Source of the DNA: Candidatus Thorarchaeota archaeon
GTDB taxonomy: Archaea; Asgardarchaeota; Thorarchaeia; Thorarchaeales; Thorarchaeaceae
Direction: 5' to 3'
Assembly: GCA_016840855.1 (NCBI GenBank)
Contig: JAEORO010000057.1
Coordinates: 1-30,865, forward strand
DNA length: 30,865 nt
Of this stretch, positions 17,702 through 27,287 are shown piece after piece. The notes under the pieces are model-generated. The model was not told the DNA's origin and ran no database searches. It was given only the letters and a program-made list of their open reading frames with translations. Made by a program: the position numbers and the translations under genes. Every line of letters starts with the position of its first letter. Within the stretch, counting starts at the first letter, position 1.

Positions 17702-18676
17702 TTAGAACACCTCCGCATAGACATCGTCTAGAGTTTCCTCTGGCTTGGGATAATCAGAGTTTTTCGCAAACTCAGCCGCTTTTTCAACATCCTTTGAAAT
17801 TTTGGCTTCAATCTTTTCAGCTTCTTTCTCAGTCAATGCTCCCTGTTCCATAGCAATCTCTCTAATAATACGAACAGCATCCCGTTCCTCACTGAGCCAG
17901 TACTTAGCCTCATCCTCTGGTCTGTACTTTGCAGCATCGAATCGTGAGTGTCCCTTCATCCTATATGTCTGACATTCGATAAGTGTAGGACCTCCTCCTT
18001 CTCTAGCTCTTTTCACTGCTTCAACAGCAGCCTCATACACTGCAAGCGCGTTGTTACCATCCACAACAACATTCGGGATGCAATAACCATCAGCTCTCTG
18101 CGCGATTGTTGCACTCGGACACATCATCTTGATGGGTGTTCCCATAGCATACAAGTTATTCTCAACAACCCAAATCAGCGGAAGTTTCCATATGGCTGAC
18201 ATGTTGAGAGATTCGCCAAATGTGCCATTGTTGGATGCTCCATCTCCGAAGAAACAAGCTACGACATCATCTGTATCTCTCATTTGACATGACAAAGCTG
18301 CACCAACTGCAATTGGGAGGCCTGATGCAACTACTCCTGTAGCTCCAAGCACTCCTACATCAAATTGAGTGATATGCATGGAACCTCCCTTTCCCTTACA
18401 TGAGCCAGTGGCTTTCCCAAGCAGCTCTGCAAGAGCAGCGTTCATGTCCGCTCCCTTGGCTATAACATGTCCATGCCCTCTATGAGTACTCTGTATCCAG
18501 TCAGTCTTCTTGAGTGCTGTCGTCACTCCAGCTGCTACAGCTTCTTGGCCTAGGTAAAGATGTAAGGTTCCAGGTACAATATTTTCTCCAAAAAGATCCC
18601 AGACCTTTTCTTCAAATCTACGAACTTTCAGTGTACTAGTATAGAGTTCTTTCAAAGTCTTCTTATCAACAGTCAT
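17702..18676 (-). CDS. pdhA: 2-oxoacid/acetoin dehydrogenase E1 alpha subunit (TPP-dependent)
   Basis: HLYLGQEA, THRGHGH, GKGGSMH, GDGA...ENN TPP motif, YRMKGHS. Start set at ATG 18676. Substrate (pyruvate, acetoin or branched-chain) not resolvable. Confidence 0.9.
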   Translation of the reverse strand: MTVDKKTLKELYTSTLKVRRFEEKVWDLFGENIVPGTLHLYLGQEAVAAGVTTALKKTDWIQSTHRGHGHVIAKGADMNAALAELLGKATGSCKGKGGSMHITQFDVGVLGATGVVASGLPIAVGAALSCQMRDTDDVVACFFGDGASNNGTFGESLNMSAIWKLPLIWVVENNLYAMGTPIKMMCPSATIAQRADGYCIPNVVVDGNNALAVYEAAVEAVKRAREGGGPTLIECQTYRMKGHSRFDAAKYRPEDEAKYWLSEERDAVRIIREIAMEQGALTEKEAEKIEAKISKDVEKAAEFAKNSDYPKPEETLDDVYAEVF

Positions 18677-18785
18677 AATACTAATCAACTACCTTGTTTT
18701 GACAGAGAGCACTCTTGGCGCCCTCCCTGTAACTTGTCTGATAAAGCCTTCGAAGTGGTAGATGTAATATGCAGATATGACAAAA

Positions 18786-18856
18786 AGGTGTTAAATTTCA
18801 CCTCAATTCTTTGCACTTTCAATAAAATCATGGTGTATTTGAATACACATTAATGT
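18786..18856. promoter_or_regulatory. Cluster of palindromes in the divergent pdh/fwd intergenic region
   Basis: AGGTG-N8-CACCT (18786-18803), GTGTATT-tg-AATACAC (18833-18848), ACATTAATGT (18847-18856). Confidence 0.4.
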
Positions 18857-19047
18857 AAATAATCGGGTTGTACACGCAAGAGTTGTAGGGATGTGGAGCA
18901 AAAAATAGTTGCGCTATGGATGACAATCTGAATGGATTGAAAACACTCCTCGTCCCTACTTCATCTTGTTTTTAAGGGAGGGTGTTTCCCCAAGGATTCT
19001 TATTGCTGTTTGAATTGCCAATTAGTACAATTCCGGAGATGTCATGG

Positions 19048-19449
19048 ATGAGTCATGTAGGAGTCGAAGCTACACTAACTTCAGGTCGAACTCTAAAACA
19101 AGGTCGCGCTATGGAGCTAGGGAAACTTGGTCCAGAATATCTCAAAGAAGTATCTTTCTGCGAGATGGACAAGATCACTCTTGACGCTCTAGGATTGGAA
19201 GAAGGAGATCCTGTCCGCATTGAAACACTCCATGGTAGTGTCGTAGTGTCATGTAAGCTAGATAGAAGGGCTGAACCTGGTGTAGTATTCATACCATGCG
19301 GACCCTACGCAAATGCTGTGGTCGGACCTGATACAGAGAGCACAGGAATGCCTGATTTCAAGGGAGTTTCTGCAAAACTCTTTGCAGCAAAGGGTGAGAA
19401 AGTGCTTGATGTGAAGAGTCTCTTGAAACAAATGCTGGAGGGTGCATAA
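19048..19449 (+). CDS. fwdD: Formylmethanofuran dehydrogenase subunit D
   Basis: LTSGRTLKQG...K...Y, GVVFIPCGPYAN, TGMPDFKG; ATG 19048 follows GGAG. Confidence 0.9.
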   Translation: MSHVGVEATLTSGRTLKQGRAMELGKLGPEYLKEVSFCEMDKITLDALGLEEGDPVRIETLHGSVVVSCKLDRRAEPGVVFIPCGPYANAVVGPDTESTGMPDFKGVSAKLFAAKGEKVLDVKSLLKQMLEGA

Positions 19450-20726
19450 TGACTGAGACTGGCGGAATCAAAGAACATATTGTATGCCCGTTCTGTGGCT
19501 GCCTTTGTGATGATATTGCACTTACTGTAGCTGGAAATAAGATTACTGAAAATAAGAATGGTTGTTCAATCAGTCAAGCGAAGTTTCTGAATCATCACGA
19601 TGACCGACTTGAAATGGAACAATCTCTAGAAGATTTGGTCAAGAAAGCAGCAGAAATACTTGTGAATTCAAAGCGTCTACTAGTGTATGGTTTAAGTTCA
19701 ACAGAAAACGACGCTCATAGAGAAGCTTACAAGATTGCTGAAGAAGTAGGTGGCGTAGTTGATAATACCTCCTCAGTGTGTCATGGACCTACTGTATTGG
19801 GATCGCAAGAATCTGGTGAAGCAATAGCAGCTCTTGCTGAAGTCCGTCATCGAGCAGATCTTGTTCTTTATTGGGGCTCTAATCCCCAGTTTGCCCATCC
19901 AAGACATATGAGCCGCTATACCAGAGCAGATGGACTATATATTAAGGATGGCAAGAAAGATCGTAAGATATGGGTATTTGATGTTCGAAAAACTATCAGT
20001 GCAGGAGTCGCTGACAGATTCATCAAAATTAATCCTGGCTCTGATTTGGAGGTCATTTCTGCCCTCCGTGCACTTGCACGGGGTAAAATCCTCGACGTTG
20101 CAGAGGTTGGTGGGGTTTCAGTTAGCGAACTCTCAGAACTCGTTGAAATAATGAAGGCTACGAAGTATGGTGTCCTCTTCTTTGGCCTTGGTCTAACACA
20201 GTCCAAAGGCCGGCACAGAAACATCGATGCAGCAATTAGACTGATTCAGGACCTTAATCATTACACAAAATGGAGCATGATGCCGATGCGAGGACACTAC
20301 AACGTGGCTGGTGCAAATAAGACCTCAACTTGGCAGACTGGCTATCCCTATGCTGTAGATTACGCTCGTGGCTATCCTCGATACCAACCAGGCGAATATA
20401 CTGCAGTTGACATGCTAGTGAGAGGTGAGCCAGACGCAGTTCTCAATATAGCAGCAGATCCTGCTGCCCATTTTCCAAAAGAAGCTGTAAGACACCTGTC
20501 AAAGATTCCAGTCATCAATATTGATCCTAAACGGAATATGACTTCGCTTCTGGCAAAGGTCAATATACAGAGTGCAATTGCTGGAATCGAGTGTGATGGT
20601 GCAGCTACAAGAATGGATGGACTTCCATTATATCTCAAGAAGGTTGTCAACCCTCAACAAGGGGTACTTCCAGACAGGGATGTGTTGAGAATGATCTATG
20701 ATGAAGTAAGGAGGCTGAAGAAATGA
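19449..20726 (+). CDS. fwdB: Formylmethanofuran dehydrogenase subunit B (Mo/W-pterin; Cys ligand)
   Basis: CPFCGCLCDD, SSVCHGP, WGSNP..AHPRHMSRY, MRGHYNVAG, GYPYAVD, RMDG. Confidence 0.94.
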   Translation: MTETGGIKEHIVCPFCGCLCDDIALTVAGNKITENKNGCSISQAKFLNHHDDRLEMEQSLEDLVKKAAEILVNSKRLLVYGLSSTENDAHREAYKIAEEVGGVVDNTSSVCHGPTVLGSQESGEAIAALAEVRHRADLVLYWGSNPQFAHPRHMSRYTRADGLYIKDGKKDRKIWVFDVRKTISAGVADRFIKINPGSDLEVISALRALARGKILDVAEVGGVSVSELSELVEIMKATKYGVLFFGLGLTQSKGRHRNIDAAIRLIQDLNHYTKWSMMPMRGHYNVAGANKTSTWQTGYPYAVDYARGYPRYQPGEYTAVDMLVRGEPDAVLNIAADPAAHFPKEAVRHLSKIPVINIDPKRNMTSLLAKVNIQSAIAGIECDGAATRMDGLPLYLKKVVNPQQGVLPDRDVLRMIYDEVRRLKK

Positions 20727-22465
20727 GTAAGCAGACGATTCTCACTAATGGCTGTATCTACGATCCAATGAATGGTATAGATGGTGAAATCAAAGATATT
20801 TGCATATCTGATGGAAAGATTGTAGAACGCGTTGATGGGTCTGCCAAGACTATTGACCTCAAAGGACGTCTAGTGATGGCTGGAGGGGTTGATATGCACT
20901 CACACATTGTTGGTAGTAAAGTGGGCGTTGGTCGGGCTATGTGTCCGGAAGATCATCGAAAAGACCCTGTTCCAAAGACAAGGTACACTCGCGCTGGTGT
21001 TGGTTATACGATGCCTAATTCCTATGTCATTGGGTATAGATATTCTGCTATGGGTTATACTACAGTAATTGAACCAGCACTTCCAGCACTGAAGGCTCTT
21101 GGGTCCTGGGAGGAAATGGAAGATCTGCACAATTTAGACTCTGGATTGCTGCCATTGTTTTGCAATAGTATGCTTACATTTCATTATGTGAAAGAAGGAG
21201 ACCTTAGTGGACTTGCGGCATACCTTGCATGGATAATCCAAAAAGTGGGTGGATTAGGTTGCAAGGTTGTCAATCCCGGAGGAACATATGCATGGGCCCA
21301 TGGTGTTGACCTTAGAGACCCTGATGGTGAGGTTCCAGGATGGGGCATAACGCCTCGTGAAATAACTCGAGGCCTCTGCAAAGCTGTTGAGGCATTGGGA
21401 CTTCCTCACATGATGCACTTCCACCCGAACAATCTTGGTCGAGTAGGTAACATTGAAACAACGATCAGACAACTCGAGTCTATTCGTGATATCAAGGGTC
21501 ATGGCGGTCGTAAACATATCTGTCACCTAACTCACATGTCCTTTGAAACACTCGGTAACGTTGAAGGTGCAGGGACCGAATGGAAAGACATTGCTTCAGG
21601 TGGTTTAGAGTTTGCTAAGTATTTCAATAAGAATAAACACTTTACAGCTGATATGGGGCAGATTACATTTGGACCAGCCACCACTATGACAGGTGACGGA
21701 CCCTTCGAGTTTTATCTCTATCAACTTACTGGTGGAAAGTGGACTAACATTGCAGTGGATGTCGAACTCCCCGGTGGTGCTGGAATAGTTCCCTACACAT
21801 ATTCGCCAAAAGCTGCAGGAAACTCGGTTCAATGGGCAATTCCACTTGAGTTTGCGCTCAGTGTTGATGATGTTTGGCGTTGCATCATGAGTACCGACCA
21901 TCCTAATGCAGGTCCCTTCACAAAATATCCACTCGTGATGTCTTGGTTGATGAGTAAGAAACAACGAGACAAATGGATGGAAGACATGCACAAATTTGCT
22001 CATGAGAGATCAATATTACCAACTATTGAGCGAGAGTGGACTCTTTACGAGCTTGCCATCTCTACTCGAGCTGCTCCAGCAAAGATACTAGGTATTGATT
22101 CAACAAAAGGCCACCTAGGAGTAGGTGCGGATGCTGACATCGCTGTATATGATGCTGATCCCGAAAAAGTCGACTTTGCCAAGGATCCAGATCGTATCAT
22201 CAAGACCTTTTCAACTTCATATCTTACCTTTTTACGAGGCCAACAGGTATCCAAGAAAGGTGTTGTGAAAATGGCTGACGAGAGAAAGGTCTGGTCGTTT
22301 CATCCAGAACTGAATGAATCACTCTGGGAACGTATCAATAAAGAGCTTGAAGTTATGATGAATGACTGGTATTCTCATTCCTTCTACAATTATCCTGTTC
22401 CTGCTAGATATCGTTCACACCTAGAGCAGAAAGTTCATGTAGATTCAACAGCTGTACCTGCCTAG
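20723..22465 (+). CDS. fwdA: Formylmethanofuran dehydrogenase subunit A (amidohydrolase)
   Basis: DMHSH, PEDH, KVVNPGG, HPNNLG, TTMTGDGP, STDHPNAGPF, GHLGVGADADIAVY. Confidence 0.94.
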   Translation: MSKQTILTNGCIYDPMNGIDGEIKDICISDGKIVERVDGSAKTIDLKGRLVMAGGVDMHSHIVGSKVGVGRAMCPEDHRKDPVPKTRYTRAGVGYTMPNSYVIGYRYSAMGYTTVIEPALPALKALGSWEEMEDLHNLDSGLLPLFCNSMLTFHYVKEGDLSGLAAYLAWIIQKVGGLGCKVVNPGGTYAWAHGVDLRDPDGEVPGWGITPREITRGLCKAVEALGLPHMMHFHPNNLGRVGNIETTIRQLESIRDIKGHGGRKHICHLTHMSFETLGNVEGAGTEWKDIASGGLEFAKYFNKNKHFTADMGQITFGPATTMTGDGPFEFYLYQLTGGKWTNIAVDVELPGGAGIVPYTYSPKAAGNSVQWAIPLEFALSVDDVWRCIMSTDHPNAGPFTKYPLVMSWLMSKKQRDKWMEDMHKFAHERSILPTIEREWTLYELAISTRAAPAKILGIDSTKGHLGVGADADIAVYDADPEKVDFAKDPDRIIKTFSTSYLTFLRGQQVSKKGVVKMADERKVWSFHPELNESLWERINKELEVMMNDWYSHSFYNYPVPARYRSHLEQKVHVDSTAVPA

Positions 22466-22478
22466 TGGTGGGTGCAGC

Positions 22479-23252
22479 ATGGCTGCTAAGAATTCACTAG
22501 ATGAGTTAGAATCTGGATACGAGGGAGTAGGCGAATACTACGACCTTTTTGCCGACAACTCAGACATCCCATTTTTTATCGAATACGCCAATAAAATGGG
22601 TTCTCCAATACTTGATTTAGCCGCTGGAACAGGTAGAGTGACCTTTGCACTTGCCAACGCAGGCTTTGAGGTCGTAGCTTTAGAGAAGTCCAAATCAATG
22701 CTGTCTGTTGCAAGAAGAAAGTTGGAACAATCCCCCATTGAAGTCGCCCTCCGTGTCAAGTTAATTGAAGGCAGTATGAAGAATTTTGCACTTAACAGAA
22801 AGTTTTCACTCATAATAGTTCCAAATTCTTTTAGTCATCTACTCACGAGTGACGACCAACTCTTGGCGCTTTGGTGTATAAAGAATCATCTCAAAGATGA
22901 TGGCATTTTTATTCTTGACCTTTACTCAGGTGCTCATCAATACGAGCAAGCCACATTTGAAGACTCTCCACGAAAACTACCTGATGGCAGCATAGTTAGG
23001 CGAATAGGAGAGATCACATCAAATCTTGCCCAACAGCTAATGCGCGTAGACCTCTGCTACATCAGACAGGACGCTGAAGGGAAGGTGCTTGGAGAAACTA
23101 AGGTAGTTTCGGGAGCTGCTCTCATCTTTAATCGAGAGGTTGATCTTCTCATTCGAATCTCTGGTTTGAATGTTGAAGAAGAGTTTGGCGATTTTGAGAA
23201 ACATCCATACACACATGACTCAGGACGTAGGATATTCATTCTTAGAAAATAG
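22479..23252 (+). CDS. Class I SAM-dependent methyltransferase
   Basis: ILDLAAGTGRV, motif-II acidic residue, HLKDDGIFILD. Confidence 0.9.
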   Translation: MAAKNSLDELESGYEGVGEYYDLFADNSDIPFFIEYANKMGSPILDLAAGTGRVTFALANAGFEVVALEKSKSMLSVARRKLEQSPIEVALRVKLIEGSMKNFALNRKFSLIIVPNSFSHLLTSDDQLLALWCIKNHLKDDGIFILDLYSGAHQYEQATFEDSPRKLPDGSIVRRIGEITSNLAQQLMRVDLCYIRQDAEGKVLGETKVVSGAALIFNREVDLLIRISGLNVEEEFGDFEKHPYTHDSGRRIFILRK

Positions 23253-23281
23253 CTATAGAGAGAGGCTATAGCAAGAGCCTC
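23252..23281. terminator. Overlapping short inverted repeats between convergent genes
   Basis: GCTATAG-N7-CTATAGC and GAGGCT-N8-AGCCTC. Confidence 0.35.
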
Positions 23282-23318
23282 CCTTAGATGTGAGATAAAG
23301 GTGAAAGCACGTCGATTG

Positions 23319-24560
23319 CTAACTGACTTGTTCAGGAGGTGGTAATTGATCTACTTTTCTGGGTTCTTCTCTGAATGTTACGCCATCCTCTGCTTCTAAG
23401 CTGTCTGTGAATAGGACTTCGCCTTCCACATATGCATCTCTCTCAATATAGATGGTCTTTCCATAAAGACTTCCAACACGCGCACGCTCTTCGATTCTGA
23501 TATCATTACCGTAGAGTGAGTCTGTTCTTGCACGTTCACGGATTAGAATCTCATTTGACTCTACAAATCCTCTGACTTCAGACCTCTTACCAATCCGGAA
23601 GCCATCCGTGGCTCTGATATACTCTGCACGAATTTCGCCACCTACAATTATTCTGAAAGTGTCAATTCGACCTTCCGCTCGTACTGTACCGCCAACCTTA
23701 ATTTTTCCATCACTCTTTAAGTTTCCACCAATTGCGGCTGTTCCACCCACATTGAGTCCTTCGGACACCTCTAGGTTTCCATCGGTCTTTACAGTTCCAC
23801 CCACATCAATCAAACGACCAGTGGCATTACCCATGATTTTTACAGTTCCTCCTACATTGATCTCATCAAATGTGAAATCGCCCTCAGCTTTGAAGGTTCC
23901 ACCTATGTCAACTGTGCTGACCTTGGATCCTGGACCAACTTTGGCTGCTCCACCAACATCAAGATCTTCAATCTCAATCGCATCTTCAGCTTTGAAGCTC
24001 CCACCAACTGAAACCTTCTTTATGAACCCTCTCACAGTCTTGCCTGAACCACCTGCATCGAATTCCTCAGCTTGGATTTTCCCATAGATGCCAACCGAAC
24101 CGCCACCAGAGACCCTCTCAACATCAACATTTCCTTCAATTTTGACTGAAGCACCTCCAGTGAGTCTCTGTGCTTTAGCATCGCCAGTGACTTTAATTGA
24201 TGCACCCGCTTTTGCTGAAACGCAATCAAGGTTTCCCTCAACCAAAAAAGAAGCTCCAACTTCAATGTCCCGTGCCTTGGCGTCACCATAAACAGCGAGA
24301 CTGCCCCTTGGGATGCTAGCTGCTTTCTCAACTATTAGGTTTCCATTAACGGTTATCTGATCCCTACTCTTGGACTCAAGTCTGCCACACTGCAATGAAC
24401 CATGTATTTCAAGTTCATCAACAATAAATAAAGTACCAGTAATTACTATTGATTCACCTTCTTCTGGTACAAGCGTTCTGCAATTTCGAATCTCAACATC
24501 GCCCTCAACATTTCCGAGTTCGACAGTATCTTGGTTTTTATATAATAATCTTTCAGCCAT
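23319..24560 (-). CDS. Polymer-forming cytoskeletal (bactofilin-like) beta-helix repeat protein
   Basis: Many ~16-18 aa repeats with a V/I-G-G-T/S core; likely ATG start at 24560 (MAERLL). Confidence 0.75.
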   Translation of the reverse strand: MAERLLYKNQDTVELGNVEGDVEIRNCRTLVPEEGESIVITGTLFIVDELEIHGSLQCGRLESKSRDQITVNGNLIVEKAASIPRGSLAVYGDAKARDIEVGASFLVEGNLDCVSAKAGASIKVTGDAKAQRLTGGASVKIEGNVDVERVSGGGSVGIYGKIQAEEFDAGGSGKTVRGFIKKVSVGGSFKAEDAIEIEDLDVGGAAKVGPGSKVSTVDIGGTFKAEGDFTFDEINVGGTVKIMGNATGRLIDVGGTVKTDGNLEVSEGLNVGGTAAIGGNLKSDGKIKVGGTVRAEGRIDTFRIIVGGEIRAEYIRATDGFRIGKRSEVRGFVESNEILIRERARTDSLYGNDIRIEERARVGSLYGKTIYIERDAYVEGEVLFTDSLEAEDGVTFREEPRKVDQLPPPEQVS

Positions 24561-24675
24561 CTTGGCCTTCACCTTGTGTAATTCTAATTTATATCCCTCA
24601 AATTTAGTATATAAAGCACGGCCACAAATTAGGGTCACAATTTGTGACTATCTTCAGTACCTCCTTGCAGAGTAC

Positions 24676-25002
24676 TCACATCCCTATGATGGGTTCAGGG
24701 ATTGGTATACCTACAAGCCCTGCGAGTCGCTTATACAACTCGAGATATTGATGGCCTCTCACAGTGACTTTGAAAACTTTCATCCCATCATCATCTTCTT
24801 CCTCGAGTAGCCCTCTGTCTACTAGTTCAGTAATCGACTCTTTCGCTCTATCTACAGGCATGTTCGTTGAGCGAGCTGCACGGGTTAAGGGGCAGTAACC
24901 CCAAATATACACGACTCGAAGCAACTCAGCATAGATGTCATAGCGAGTCCTCTTCTGAAGTTCCCGTTTCTTTCTCTTCTTCTTAGTCGATTCGTCTGAC
25001 AT
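24676..25002 (-). CDS. Winged helix-turn-helix DNA-binding protein
   Basis: KRTRYDIYAELL...LTRAARSTNM...LVDRGLLE...FKVTVRGHQYLE. Confidence 0.85.
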   Translation of the reverse strand: MSDESTKKKRKKRELQKRTRYDIYAELLRVVYIWGYCPLTRAARSTNMPVDRAKESITELVDRGLLEEEDDDGMKVFKVTVRGHQYLELYKRLAGLVGIPIPEPIIGM

Positions 25003-25137
25003 CCATGTAGTCCTCTAATGAACCAGAGCGTATGAAGATATGAATGTAGTGTCCCAAGCGAAGTTATTTCACTACATTAGAACTAGCAATCCTTATGACT
25101 TGGTACGCATGAGATGAGTATCCGAGTCGGTGCCACG

Positions 25138-25875
25138 ATGATTCGTTGCGTATATATTGTCACGAACGATGGAAAACCCATCTATGGACGTTCATTTGAA
25201 GATGATGAGGGTTTTGACATTAATACCATACCAAGATATGTGCGTAACTCCGTAGTGATGATGCAATCTAGCTCAAGCACATCTTCTAATAGAGTATATA
25301 CTCTAGAGGTTAATGACGATGTGTGGGCATACTCCTTCTTTCATTCCTTTGTACTGATATCATTAGCATCCAATGACCAATCATTTTCCCAACTAAAGAA
25401 TAAAATGTCGTCTCTCGGACGAGCGATTGCTCACAAGTTTGGAGAGATAATCGAATCATGGAGTGGTAGCATGAGCGACATTGTTGATGTGAACTCTCTC
25501 ATCGATAACTACATGAATCTTGATCTTGGACGTCCATCTAGTAAAATATTGAAAGTGATTGATGGCCTAGTTAACAAAGCACTAAAACAACCCGAGATTG
25601 CTTTTGTTGGCATTTTCGACTCTGAGGGAGAGATGATTAGTGGAACTGTCCCTGATCTGTACTTGTTTCGTATTCAGGTTGAAATTTCACAAGGTGTGGT
25701 TAAACCGGTAATGGATGTTGTTCCATCAGCAATCAACGCTGGAGACCATACTCTACAGATGTTCAGTGTCAACTCCCTTACCATTGTAGTTGCATCTCAA
25801 CCTGGAGAGAGTAACTTGTATGCAGTCAGTACCGCTGGTGAGATTGCACATGCTATAAACGAGAAGCTGGCGTAG
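25138..25875 (+). CDS. Longin-like + roadblock/LAMTOR-like two-domain protein
   Basis: N-terminus MIRCVYIVTNDGKPIYGRSF (longin beta-hairpin). C-terminus LVNKALKQPEIAFVGIFDSEGEMI...LTIVVAS...GEIAHAINEKL (roadblock-like). Confidence 0.65.
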   Translation: MIRCVYIVTNDGKPIYGRSFEDDEGFDINTIPRYVRNSVVMMQSSSSTSSNRVYTLEVNDDVWAYSFFHSFVLISLASNDQSFSQLKNKMSSLGRAIAHKFGEIIESWSGSMSDIVDVNSLIDNYMNLDLGRPSSKILKVIDGLVNKALKQPEIAFVGIFDSEGEMISGTVPDLYLFRIQVEISQGVVKPVMDVVPSAINAGDHTLQMFSVNSLTIVVASQPGESNLYAVSTAGEIAHAINEKLA

Positions 25876-25916
25876 CAGTTTTATCCAATTCCTATGTATT
25901 CAAAAATCGGGTGTGA

Positions 25917-26606
25917 TTGTCTTTGGTTAGTCCTGAAAGAGCAATCTTTGATGCTGAAGAGTTGATAAACCAAGCAATATGGAGGGGCACCCGAGATCAG
26001 GATTTTAAAAGTGAGCTTACTCTCTGTTCTGAGGCAAAGATAATCTTAGAAGGACTTTCGAATCTTGACCCGATATTGGAGAAACATCGACGGAGAGCGC
26101 TCTCTCAATGTTTGCTTAGAATTGATCACGCATACGTAGGACTTGGGGATTATGAATGGAGCATAGATAGGGCATCTGAAGCCCTAACACTCGCTGAAAC
26201 CTCTGGTAGTCCTGTGCAGACTGCTAGAGCATTATTGTCTTTAGGAAATGCTTTCCTAAATGCTGGAGACGTTGCTAGTGCTGAACATCAATGGATAAGA
26301 CTCCTTCTACTTGCAGAGGAGTATCCTGATGATAAAGAGATACAGAATGTTGTTGGGCTGACCTTAATTGTTAGGGGTCAGGTACTGAATGAAAAGAGTC
26401 TCTATGAACAAGCAGCACGCGTTCTAGAAGATGCATATGCAACCTTAGTGAATGTAGGAGATTATTTTGGGTGTGCTTCAGCGTGTGACCTTCTAGCTGA
26501 GATATATTTGAAACTAGATGCTCCTGAGAAGGCAGAAACATACAAATCCAAGGCTGAAGAGTGCAAAACTAGACTAAGAAACCAACCAAATCCATATGAC
26601 CCATGA
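25917..26606 (+). CDS. TPR-like protein
   Basis: ARALLSLGNAFLNAGDVASA, RGQVLNEKSLYEQA, LAEIYLKLDAPEKA. Confidence 0.8.
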   Translation: MSLVSPERAIFDAEELINQAIWRGTRDQDFKSELTLCSEAKIILEGLSNLDPILEKHRRRALSQCLLRIDHAYVGLGDYEWSIDRASEALTLAETSGSPVQTARALLSLGNAFLNAGDVASAEHQWIRLLLLAEEYPDDKEIQNVVGLTLIVRGQVLNEKSLYEQAARVLEDAYATLVNVGDYFGCASACDLLAEIYLKLDAPEKAETYKSKAEECKTRLRNQPNPYDP

Positions 26607-26670
26607 AATGACGAAAGACACAAGTATCGCACATGCTGGGTCGCTCTATATAAGATATAGAGGATTCACT

Positions 26671-27285
26671 ATGTTGATTGTTGGTATCTGTGGTTCTCCC
26701 AAAAAAGAACATTCGAACACAAGATCTCTTCTTGAGAAAGCACTCAAAGCAGTTCCCAATGGCCAAACAATGCTACTAAATATCGCTGATTACAATATTC
26801 AGCATTGCACAGGTTGTGATTCTTGCGTTAGAAAAAAGCCATGTCCTCAGAGCGCTGAAGATGATATGCCAAAAATTGAGAAGATACTAGTAGATGCCGA
26901 TGCTATCATTATTGCAGCACCATCGTATTTCACGTCAGTCCCAGGAGTTCTAAAGGACTTCATTGATAGGTCTCGAGCCATGAAGATGAACAACCATCAA
27001 TTGAAAGACAAGGTCTTTGGCGCAATTACTTATGCAGGTCTCAGATATGGGGGTCAAGAGCATGTAGTTGATGTACTCAACCGTTATGCACTTGGTCAGG
27101 GTATGATAGTAGTAGGAAGTGTTGGTAGCCCTGTAAAACATGGTACTTTTGGTTCTGGTAGTCTTCAAACAGATACTGGGTCTTGGAGATCTTCAGAAGA
27201 GGATGAACTAGCAGTAAAGGGATGTGAACTCCTCGGACAAAGAGTTGCTGATGTTGCTTTTCGTTTACGAAGTATAGGTGAGTAG
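26671..27285 (+). CDS. Iron-sulfur flavoprotein / multimeric flavodoxin (WrbA/Isf family)
   Basis: GSPKK..SNT, CTGCDSC.....C, ADAIIIAAPSYF, LKDFIDR; start at ATG 26671. Confidence 0.9.
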   Translation: MLIVGICGSPKKEHSNTRSLLEKALKAVPNGQTMLLNIADYNIQHCTGCDSCVRKKPCPQSAEDDMPKIEKILVDADAIIIAAPSYFTSVPGVLKDFIDRSRAMKMNNHQLKDKVFGAITYAGLRYGGQEHVVDVLNRYALGQGMIVVGSVGSPVKHGTFGSGSLQTDTGSWRSSEEDELAVKGCELLGQRVADVAFRLRSIGE

Positions 27286-27287
27286 TG

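Noticed and set aside
18692-18735. Imperfect hairpin upstream of pdhA as a TPP riboswitch
   Set aside because: It lacks the UGAGA and CCUGAU core motifs and probably overlaps the transcription start.
19449-20726. Selenocysteine form of FwdB
   Set aside because: The ligand codon is TGT (SVCHGP); there is no in-frame TGA.
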